DNA of 26,996 bases from the IMG/VR virus record IMGVR_UViG_3300010389_000101, positions 1-26,996 of that record; one strand, 5' to 3'. The stretch comes from a virus. Lineage: Duplodnaviria > Caudoviricetes. Both the position numbers and the translations under genes were made by a program. Positions within the stretch are counted from its first letter, which is position 1. Every line of letters begins with the position of its first letter. Positions 11,601 through 17,819 of the stretch are shown one piece after another. A model generated the notes under the pieces. The model saw only the letters and a list, made by a program, of their open reading frames with translations, did not search any database and had not been told where the DNA came from.

Positions 11601-14600
11601 TTGGTTGGTGTTGCTGGCACTGGTATTGTATATGATACTGGTGTTGGGACAGCAAGACTTCCAGAAACTGTTTATGCTATTAGAGATAATCAATCCCAGT
11701 TTAGAGTTGCTATCAGCAGTGCTAATGCATTATCTGGAACCGCTGTAACATTCACCGACCTTGGTGCTGGAAATAAACACGTCTTTTCCATGCAGAAGAG
11801 AGCAGAAAAGTCCATTATCACTCTAGATGGTATTGTGCAGTCACCTCTCTCCAAAACTCCTTTGTCGGAGCAAATCATGCACGATGTTGGAGCTGGAACA
11901 ACAATCATTCAACTGAGTGGAATTTCCTCGATCAGACCAGCTGATATGATCAGAGTTGATGATGAATACATGAAGGTTACGGTTGTTGGTTTGGGGACAA
12001 CTATCGCACAAGGTGTTGGTGCGATTGGAACTTTGCCAATTGTTGAAGTAGAACGTGGATTCGTTGGATCTAGTGTAACTGCTCATAGTCAGTTTGGAGC
12101 TGTCACTGTTTACAGGGGAGCATTTGATATTGTTGATAGTAAGATTTACTTTACAGAGGCACCCATGGGTGCTGGTAGAGAAGATCTGGATAGCAGAGGA
12201 TTAACTATTCCAAGATCTAACTTCTCTGGTAGAGTATATCTCAGAAAGGATTACGGCACCAACTTAATCTTTGACGATATCTCCGATAAATTTGATGGTG
12301 TAACTGCAGATTTCACACTTACTTCTAATGGAAGTAACGTAACTGGAATTGGCAGCACAGGTGGTAATGGTTTAGTATTCATCAATGGAGTATTCCAAGC
12401 ACCATCCACTCCAAATAATGCAGACAATAATTTTGCAATCACTGAAGTTAGTGGTATCAGTAGTGTAATCTTCACTGGAATTACATCCATTGGTGGTGAA
12501 CAAATTGTCGATCCTTCTGATATCAATTTAAATCAGTTGCCAAGAGGTGGTGTTCCCATCTCATTTGGATCTACAAACGGACTTGGATATGCACCTTTGA
12601 GAAAGGCAGTTGCACATCCAACGGTCACTCTTGGACAGCTCACTGCCGTTGCTGGTGTTCCAACAACTGGGGTATTCTCAGCGATCTCTGATGCTGATTA
12701 TGATAATACTACTGGTATTCTTACTGTAACAACTGTATCTGATCACGAACTCAATACTGGTGACAAGATCGAGTTGAAGTCTATGACCTTCTCTTGTCCT
12801 GCCAATGGACCATTTACAAATGTCTATCAGTTCCCAAGTGAAATTGGTGTGAACTTTAAGATTAGTTCTTTTGTTTATGATAACAGGACTGGTCTTGCTA
12901 CTGTCGGATTGACATCTGCCCATAACTTTAGAGTTGGCAGATTAGTTGATCTTGCAAACATTGGAATGGCTTGCTCCACTCCACACACTGGAATTACCAA
13001 CTCTATCTTCCCCGATGGAAGTTCTGGAAGTAAAGCAGTTGGTGTTAATACCAATAGATATCCTATTCTTGGTATTGGTGGAACTAATACTTTTACTATT
13101 AATGTTGGTGTTTCGACTATTGTTCACGTTTATGCTGGAGCTGGAGCAACTGCTGGTGATGCATACGAAGTAAAACCATATGGTCCTTACTATGCGACTC
13201 GTATCTTGTCCAGTAATAAGTTTGAAACTCAAGTGGGTGTTGTGACATTTGCTCACACATATCAGTCTGGTGGCACATTTGCTAAATGGACCACTGCTGA
13301 TTTTGGTAGTGGATATTCAACAGTTACTGCTCCAGCCATCGCAGTTACCGAATCTGGACACACTGGAACTGTTGCTCAAATTACAGCAACTGTAGGTGCT
13401 GGTGGAACACTTGCATTTACAATTACAAATGCTGGTAGTGGATATACTAATCCAACTATCAATATCCAAGAACCAAGTTATGATAATCTGGTAGTTGAAG
13501 GTGTTTCCAGACTTGCCACTGGATCCACAACTGTCACTGGTATTGGAATGTCAATCACTGTTGGTGTTCTGGGTATTAATACAAACTATAATTCAAAACC
13601 AATTGTAGATTTTGTTTATGATTCTGCAACAGGTTTGTCTACTCTTAGTGTTCCTGGGCATGGACATACTACTGGTGATATCATTAAAGTCAGTAATGTA
13701 GAGTTTGAACCATACGCCCCAGTTGGAGGTGCTGGTGACTTCTTCCCTGGATATGCTCCTAGTGATTATACTGTTCTGCAGTATATTGATGCAGATAACT
13801 TTACGATCAATATTGGTGCTGCTGCAACTGCAATTGCTTATAATTACGTTGGTGCTGGTGGTGTAGTAAGAACTGGAATTGCTGCAACATTATTCGAAGT
13901 TCAGAAGTTTGAAATCACCAAACCTGGATATTCATTCAGAAGAGGTGATAGGGTCAGAGTTGTTGGTATGACAACTGATCCAAACGCTGGAGATGACTTT
14001 AAAGAATTTGAAATTGAAGTCATAGATACGTTTGAAGATGAGTTTTCATCATGGCAGTTTGGTGAACTTGATTACATTGATAGTGTTCTTCCATTCCAAG
14101 ATGGAAATAGAACTAGATTCCCACTTGCTTACAATGATCAGCTTATCAGCTTTGAGGTTGATAAGAATGATGCAGATTCGGCTCTTATCGATCTAAATTC
14201 TTTACTTCTAGTATTTGTTAATGGTGTTCTCCAAGAACCTGGTGAAGCTTATGAATTCCAAGGTGGAACTTCAATTACTTTTGCCGAAGCACCAGCTCCA
14301 GAAGATAACATTTCTATCTTCTTCTATAGAGGAACAATCGGTGTTGACAGCTTCCTTCAGAATACTACCGAAACAATTAAGACTGGAGATCTCATTGAAA
14401 TGAGAAGAACTCCTCTGATTGAGTTGAATGATGCTCCACGAACTTTCGATAATCTTTCACAAGAGTCTGCCCGTATTATTGTTGGTATTACATCAGCTAG
14501 TGAAGTCGAAACTTCTCTCTATCGTGGTGATGGTGTAAGCACCACAGAACCAAAACCAATTGCGTGGACTAAACAAAAAATTGATAGAGTTATCGGTGGA

Positions 14601-16193
14601 GAATTTATTTCCAAAGAGAGAGATTCTATTGAAGCTCAAATTTATCCAACCGCAAAAGTTCTTAAGACTATTACAAGCTCTGATACCACCTTCTTTGTTG
14701 AGGATACTTCACTGTTCTTAGGTGTTGATCCTACTGGTGATCCAGATAGCAATTTTGGTGGATTCCTTGTTGCTGGAATTCCCACTTCTGGGATTGGTTC
14801 CACAACAACAGTTGACACAGAACGAGTTTCTGGAATTCTCGATACTAATGTTCAGGGATATGCTGGTGTTATCACTGGAATTACAACAGCATATGCACGA
14901 TTGGAAGAATTCTATCCATTTGATGCTTCGAAACTCATCTATAGAAAAGGACAAAATCTTGTAGATGGATCTAAGAATGATCTTCGAGCACTTTTCCTGA
15001 AACCAGATGGAACTAGATTGTACGTTGCCGATCAAAATACCTTAACAATTACTGAGTGGATACTCTCTACTCCCTTTGAGATTGATACGGCAACAGTTAA
15101 CAATAGCAACCAACTTGGAATCAGCACTCAAGTCACACAAATTTATGATCTTTATATTCGTGATGATGGCACCAAGATGTATACACTTGGTAGAGGTGCT
15201 CAAGCACCATTTGTTACTCAGTTGAATCAGTTTGATCTTTCGGTTGCTTGGGATCTAACCAGTGATACTGCTGCTGGTATTGAAACTGCAACAACAATTG
15301 CCAACCAAACTCAATCACACAGAGGTTTACAAGTTGTTGATACTGGATCTGCCATCATTACAATTTCTCCATCTTCACCAGCACTTTACAAGTATGACAT
15401 GGCTAGTGCTTACGACATCACTAGTGTTTCTTTCGGTAGTAGCCAAGCATTGGTAGATGATGCCGCACCATCTGACTTTATTATGAGTGTAGATGGTACT
15501 CAAATGATTGTTCTTGGTGGTGATAGTGAAAAGATTATTGAATATACATTGTCTACACCTTATGATTTAAGCACCGTAGGAGTTGCCACCACATCACCAT
15601 TGAGTGTTGGTGCGGGAGCAACAATTTCCATGGCTGCAAAACCAGATGGTGAGAGAGCTTATGTTCTTAATGGATCTGGAATTGGATCTCAGTACCACTT
15701 CAGTATTCCACCTGAGGGACTTGGACTTACCTTCCAACTTGATTTGCGTGATGTTCCTACTCTTCTTGAAAGACAGCAGTTGGTTCAAGGTTATAGAGTT
15801 CTTGTTCTTGACACTGGTGTTGGAACTGGACTGACAACTTTGGTTGGTTCTGCAACTTCTGTTGGTATTGGAACAACAAATGTTATTGGTATTTCGACTG
15901 ATAAACTTGATAACATCTATGAAGCATATTACACTCAATATAGTGGAACTGTTGGAATTCTTACCTGTCAGGTTGATCCAGACACAAATACTGTCGGAAT
16001 TGCAACCACTGGTTCTTATCTCGAACCAGCAGGTAAAATTGTTTGGGGTAGAATTTCCAACATAACTAGATCGGATGATCCTATTGAAATTGCTGTCGAT
16101 GGAAACAGCTTTGAAGTTGGAATGACAACCTATCCAACTCTCCAAAGAAGAGATGCTGGTCTAAGATCAACTGGTGCTCTAAGTCGAAAGTAA
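2631..16193 (+). CDS. gp7: Giant baseplate wedge initiator gp7-like protein (4520 aa) with many accessory beta-rich domains
   Basis: Lies between gp6 and gp8; ATGA overlap with the gp6 stop. N-terminus has QLPEFI..E.P..VDFL..YY and FIKESRSLYQSKGTEESIKILLKVLYG; internal DNDYYQRMSYSIQS...VHPSGY matches the conserved T4-like gp7 core. Uninterrupted ORF rich in G/T/S/V/N. Confidence 0.85.
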   Translation: MINTNSVFESRVKIQDVVDSQLPEFIKEENPLVVDFLRTYYTSQEFSSGPTDLAENIDQYLKLDSLTPDVIAGMSTVTAGISTTDTEIYVTNTKGFPQEYGLIKLGNEVITYTGVTTNSFTGCVRGFSGITSYRAPNNPEELVFSETSAQTHSAGTGVQNLSALFLKEFYKKLKKLYTPGLEDTTLASNLDVNNFIKESRSLYQSKGTEESIKILLKVLYGVDSKVIDLEQFLSKPSYADYVRREVVVAKLISGNPSLISGTTLFQDAQPVNNIVAASGPISEVEIFTRGSSDDIGVQTYYKISLFIGFDDESLIEGKFAIPGTSFTIGSHSAGSSVITVDSTIGFPQSGSFVIGDDTVTYTDKTITQFIGCSGLTSDITPRTELTQNLEVYAYEENDLTRPVRFVLTGVLSDFVQAEDIFSSVEGSLISVKNLGQVVANDPQDDSYKKIFFNSWIYNTSTRYFVSSFSGSTFNLASTIDESSLKLGDYVDVVERSSQTIAASNLEVVSVNLTNNAVTLGAGNYSGINPNGFYDIRKRINTASSLGAPLANGDNVLSSDILNTYVENNEFAYVASNSLPSYVIRPVTTEVQIATASTASGALQNYDVNKLSYDTLSFPDVVPFFTGDEIVYSPDAGIPAIIGLTTNSSYFVEVQPAPNNNRIKLALSRSFLAAGSFVRFNPTGSGPHNFILAEQREGSIQPQKLLKKFPLSQNLRTGRKDLTPTGSTGMLINGVEISNYKVDESVFYGPLSNVNIFNGGDSYDAVSPPRVIVGNPSVASGTTALVQPVVEGSFEDILVDPVNFDIEEVLSIEIAGGNGEGATASATLASEFREVFFNANTLAEGGGIDVADNTISFQTQHNFQTGDPIVYNALGNPALGIATNTSNDAVQGLTLQTGNIYYSKFINSSTIQIHNTKLDSQLGINTIGITTENNAGLMKFRTTNKKLKIDRLSVLNPGQGYSNRKLIVQSTGINTANDSIVFNNHNFTNGDFVEYEYFNTPISGLSTTVQYKVLTISNDEFRLANAGVGGTNLSDFNRNKYVSLDSVGVGSHIFKYPQITVTIKAVTTQQREGTFTATPVVRGPIVDAYLYNPGTDYGSEILNFQRTPEIRVESGSGAEVRPVILNGRIDSVFVLSGGSGYTSPPELVVNSNPVGTGTTGTGARLRALINSAGIVTSVVVLGQGLNYDTNTTTIKANSVGSGAILNGFVRRLGVNKFAKINDNGGEIVAPTPEKGLEYAAIGYGVTLRNAFGDSGAFHSPIIGWAYDGNPIYGSYGYVDPEDIQSGTKRVGSGYTSNISYISNRPNSTTFPLGFFVDDYRFTDVGDLDEFNGRFTITNEFPEGVYAYYATIDANGNPKFPFFIGNYYRSRKILENVDPANVIDQRFDFNSSDLIRNTFPQKIGEEGASYDFAIEPYKVFSQDSVVDIVGSGSVDFISVASTGNARYAVGDTINFGETGTGFGLAAEVSRISGKSVVSVSSTETVYENAVVKWRSDNKVEISIEPNFALIDNDIVRITGLSTFVENLDGAHIIDSGLAPAKLLVGMGTTGVSGMTTDVSVTNLPISIGSSIKISNEIFGVLNVFAGDGIIRVNRFPSETASGGVGHTATETVTYMPQRFTVSVKTPYFESEEQDKVFFNPFEAVGIGITAGISTIRSYQFNGITTQRSILTQNIFLENHPFETNQPLSYSVGLGTTSIGVSTSPTGTVFYLPDLVYAVKNSKDTIGLATVLNGDQVFFRDVSYTNLYDYKLESRFPQVTADIKKITGTVSTGETHGLVDGNTITLSVKPGLSTGVGAATTVVLKVVDEKILVNPVAISSAGVSTSTNIITKIDHEYLTGDKVYYEADEVIGGLSTGTFYIYAIDKDNFRLTETRTDAISSPPIFVNLTSVGGVSQTLSLVNPPLDVFRNNDLVFNLEDASLAGYNLKVYYDDEYENAVVSTGQTTNFLVSTFGTNGTAGAGATVGFSSVFPDILYYNLDKGGFISTSDTDVNAYNQIRYSDSRYNGTYNITGVTSTTFSVNLSEVVEKSSYTDAECDSIDYSTTSTTATGAIDGVKIIFNGLGYKTVPNISSITSVYGADSVLRLNSSTIGKLESVRLLTPGFSYPSDKTLTPTANVPNELSVTDFQTLDTITVLSGGKNYLTAPGLVLYDTSTGEIVSDFQGSTELSGSAVSPTTIVDGEETAGVRIDRNPVGLKEDVVYGAAAVSNDNGVSIVSVASSTDNQVTLSLSTPILGFTTAPFKAGDKIFVEGVGLASTIGDGHNSSDYGYQYFTVTAYDSSVNPNKLTYDLSSLVTTNTGIAVTNPGLFANVVKEDDLPEFRVIKKNSLFEPGEILFLNNVQVVGSTNLTVSSFNALTGKLNIVGTTPIKSGDTLTGSVSGAKCTITNISTKVGRFEIDSTSKFTKGWSNDIGKLSEDYQVTGDNDYYQRMSYSIQSEKAFDDIISFVNDNVHPSGYRNFADTQINPKGNVGLSFTTAQEDPFLVLDIFDGAKRVDTINDFDFALDVDATSNTSKSIEFQNIPITDFILNKSNRVVSIDDISSQFLNEDSDELLQFKDVVSFGDGRKTNKFLVQLVDITNDAEMGLKEIVLINNNEDTFVFEKVGVGETIGELDGFFDEDTNQYSLRFSPNEIYNTDYEVKLLQTFFDSDSTGIGSQSIGFVDLISKTQNVSAGVGTTVIGFSTSITDTFYTSVEIFDEFDNTVDYSELVLTHDGTDTYLTELAAFNTRVGLNGLSGPFIGSFTSSIDSGVVSLIYNNNGSNEVRVRTQTIGIGTTAAGIGTYRFKFTGNPDGTERTGRFESDFAEVTGGTPTVITGINSITDGSFKSTVRVSIGETQAIHQVYVLNDQKDRKNLYVLSYPFLAINDINGIGTFSADYSNDGVDLKFHPDYTGDILVQTFNEILYRDLDNNGDAIGIGDLTYGNVNQNVAQSVYYGINQREILEFDAKFGGVDIFAKTFDPAAAGIVSTTRGVFTLNHFFQTGEPLDYVAGSNLVGVAGTGIVYDTGVGTARLPETVYAIRDNQSQFRVAISSANALSGTAVTFTDLGAGNKHVFSMQKRAEKSIITLDGIVQSPLSKTPLSEQIMHDVGAGTTIIQLSGISSIRPADMIRVDDEYMKVTVVGLGTTIAQGVGAIGTLPIVEVERGFVGSSVTAHSQFGAVTVYRGAFDIVDSKIYFTEAPMGAGREDLDSRGLTIPRSNFSGRVYLRKDYGTNLIFDDISDKFDGVTADFTLTSNGSNVTGIGSTGGNGLVFINGVFQAPSTPNNADNNFAITEVSGISSVIFTGITSIGGEQIVDPSDINLNQLPRGGVPISFGSTNGLGYAPLRKAVAHPTVTLGQLTAVAGVPTTGVFSAISDADYDNTTGILTVTTVSDHELNTGDKIELKSMTFSCPANGPFTNVYQFPSEIGVNFKISSFVYDNRTGLATVGLTSAHNFRVGRLVDLANIGMACSTPHTGITNSIFPDGSSGSKAVGVNTNRYPILGIGGTNTFTINVGVSTIVHVYAGAGATAGDAYEVKPYGPYYATRILSSNKFETQVGVVTFAHTYQSGGTFAKWTTADFGSGYSTVTAPAIAVTESGHTGTVAQITATVGAGGTLAFTITNAGSGYTNPTINIQEPSYDNLVVEGVSRLATGSTTVTGIGMSITVGVLGINTNYNSKPIVDFVYDSATGLSTLSVPGHGHTTGDIIKVSNVEFEPYAPVGGAGDFFPGYAPSDYTVLQYIDADNFTINIGAAATAIAYNYVGAGGVVRTGIAATLFEVQKFEITKPGYSFRRGDRVRVVGMTTDPNAGDDFKEFEIEVIDTFEDEFSSWQFGELDYIDSVLPFQDGNRTRFPLAYNDQLISFEVDKNDADSALIDLNSLLLVFVNGVLQEPGEAYEFQGGTSITFAEAPAPEDNISIFFYRGTIGVDSFLQNTTETIKTGDLIEMRRTPLIELNDAPRTFDNLSQESARIIVGITSASEVETSLYRGDGVSTTEPKPIAWTKQKIDRVIGGEFISKERDSIEAQIYPTAKVLKTITSSDTTFFVEDTSLFLGVDPTGDPDSNFGGFLVAGIPTSGIGSTTTVDTERVSGILDTNVQGYAGVITGITTAYARLEEFYPFDASKLIYRKGQNLVDGSKNDLRALFLKPDGTRLYVADQNTLTITEWILSTPFEIDTATVNNSNQLGISTQVTQIYDLYIRDDGTKMYTLGRGAQAPFVTQLNQFDLSVAWDLTSDTAAGIETATTIANQTQSHRGLQVVDTGSAIITISPSSPALYKYDMASAYDITSVSFGSSQALVDDAAPSDFIMSVDGTQMIVLGGDSEKIIEYTLSTPYDLSTVGVATTSPLSVGAGATISMAAKPDGERAYVLNGSGIGSQYHFSIPPEGLGLTFQLDLRDVPTLLERQQLVQGYRVLVLDTGVGTGLTTLVGSATSVGIGTTNVIGISTDKLDNIYEAYYTQYSGTVGILTCQVDPDTNTVGIATTGSYLEPAGKIVWGRISNITRSDDPIEIAVDGNSFEVGMTTYPTLQRRDAGLRSTGALSRK
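14892..15716 (+). repeat. Five ~50-59 aa beta-propeller-like repeats in the gp7 C-terminal region
   Basis: KPDGTRLYV, RDDGTKMYT, VDTGSAIIT, SVDGTQMIV and KPDGERAYV; the first four are followed by LSTPFEI, LSVAWDL, MASAYDI and LSTPYDL. Confidence 0.8.
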
Positions 16194-16202
16194 AATCCAC
16201 CT

Positions 16203-16210
16203 TATAAATA
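16203..16210 (+). promoter_or_regulatory. T4-like late promoter for gp8
   Basis: Perfect TATAAATA in the 38-nt gp7-gp8 intergenic gap, 21 nt before the ATG at 16232. Confidence 0.85.
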
Positions 16211-16231
16211 CAGAAAAAACAAAGGCTAATA

Positions 16232-17815
16232 ATGTCTGCTATTATTACAGATCAATTTAGGATTTTGAATGCTGAGAATTTTGTGGCATCTGTCGCAAAT
16301 ACAGCAAATTCTTATTATGCTTTTATGAGTTTATCCAATCCTACTGGATCTGGATATGGTAGAACATCTTCTTGGAATGATATTGGTGGTCCACCTTTTC
16401 CCACCGACAATATCAATTATTCTAATCATGTCTATGACACGATGCTTTTTGGCAAACGTGTAACATCTTCCAATACCAGAAGATTGGTTAGAAAGGTCAA
16501 TTGGGTACAAGGCTCTACCTATGATTACTACAGGCACGATTATAGTGCCACTAATCAATCTCAGGTTACCAATTCAAACAGGCTTTACGATTCAAATTAT
16601 TACGTTGTCAATAGTGAGTTTCGTGTTTATATCTGTTTGGATAACGGAACTGCTGCGGGAATTTCAACTACACCATCTGCTTCTCTTGATGAACCAACAT
16701 TTACTGATGTTGAACCAAGTAAAGCAGGAACCAGTGGTGATGGATATCTGTGGAAATATCTCTATACAATTAACCCTAGTGACATCGTTAAGTTTGACTC
16801 TACAGAATATATTACTGTTCCAAATGATTGGTTAACAACGACCAGCACAGGAATTCAAGCTGTTAGAGACAATGCTGACTCTGAAGTAAACAATAATCAA
16901 ATTAAAATTGTTGCAATTGATGAGCCTGGTCTTGGATATCCACAATTTACTGCGAAAGAGTTTCCAATTCTTGGTGATGGTCAGGGTGGTAGAGTTCGAC
17001 TCACCACAAACTCTCTTGGTCAAATCATTGAAACTCAAGTAACATCTGGTGGTAATGGATATTCTTTTGGTAGAGTTGATCTTTCCAGTGAAAACACTGG
17101 TGTTCAAACGGCAACTTCTGCTTTTGCAAAGTTGACACCAATCATTCCACCATCAAGAGGACATGGTTTTGATGTTTACAAAGAACTTGGTGCAGACAAA
17201 GTTCTGATGTATGCAAGATTTGATAATTCATCTTATGACTTTGCCGACGATACAATTTTTGCTCAGGTCGGAATCGTAAAAAATCCAACAATCTTAAATT
17301 CCAACACAGTTTTTACTGATAATCAGTTTTCTGCACTTTATTCAATCAAATATGAAACGCAAAGTGCCGCACAGGATTTGGTCATAGGAGACACTATTCA
17401 ACAAACTGTTGGTGTTGGATCTACTGCCAAAGGAATCGTTGCTTCTTACGACACGGAAACAAAAATTATTAGATATTACCAGGACAGAAGCCTTTACTAT
17501 AATGCTTCTACGGGAGATGAAACTGATGCAACTAATGTAAGATCTAGATCACCAGTTATTGAATTCACATCTAGTGCTAATGCCATTACTAAACAAGGTG
17601 GTTCTTTTAGTGTAAACGTAGACCAAAACTTCAGTGGTGTTACAACGACACTCAATAACGGTAGAGTGGTTAATCTTGGTGTTAACTTCACAGATGGTCT
17701 TGCAAATCCAGAAATAAATAAAAGGAAAGGTGAAATCATCTACCTTGACAATAGACCTTCTGTAACCAGAAATGAAAGACAGAAGGAAGACGTTAAAATC
17801 GTATTAGAGTTCTAA
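16232..17815 (+). CDS. gp8: Baseplate wedge subunit gp8
   Basis: 527 aa; MSAIITDQFRILNA start, W..GSTYDYY, YYVVNSEFRVYICLDN, DGYLWKYLY and C-terminal GEIIYLDNR...RNERQKEDVKIVLEF are typical T4-like gp8 motifs. Confidence 0.92.
   Translation: MSAIITDQFRILNAENFVASVANTANSYYAFMSLSNPTGSGYGRTSSWNDIGGPPFPTDNINYSNHVYDTMLFGKRVTSSNTRRLVRKVNWVQGSTYDYYRHDYSATNQSQVTNSNRLYDSNYYVVNSEFRVYICLDNGTAAGISTTPSASLDEPTFTDVEPSKAGTSGDGYLWKYLYTINPSDIVKFDSTEYITVPNDWLTTTSTGIQAVRDNADSEVNNNQIKIVAIDEPGLGYPQFTAKEFPILGDGQGGRVRLTTNSLGQIIETQVTSGGNGYSFGRVDLSSENTGVQTATSAFAKLTPIIPPSRGHGFDVYKELGADKVLMYARFDNSSYDFADDTIFAQVGIVKNPTILNSNTVFTDNQFSALYSIKYETQSAAQDLVIGDTIQQTVGVGSTAKGIVASYDTETKIIRYYQDRSLYYNASTGDETDATNVRSRSPVIEFTSSANAITKQGGSFSVNVDQNFSGVTTTLNNGRVVNLGVNFTDGLANPEINKRKGEIIYLDNRPSVTRNERQKEDVKIVLEF
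17714..17720 (+). promoter_or_regulatory. Putative late promoter core inside the 3' end of gp8, serving the VrlC-like gene
   Basis: ATAAATA within the E-I-N-K codons, about 100 nt before the ATG at 17820. Confidence 0.55.
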
Positions 17816-17819
17816 TAAA

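Noticed and set aside
16194-16231. Intrinsic terminator after gp7 or in other intergenic gaps
   Set aside because: No GC-rich hairpin followed by a U-tract; the gaps are short and hold promoter cores.
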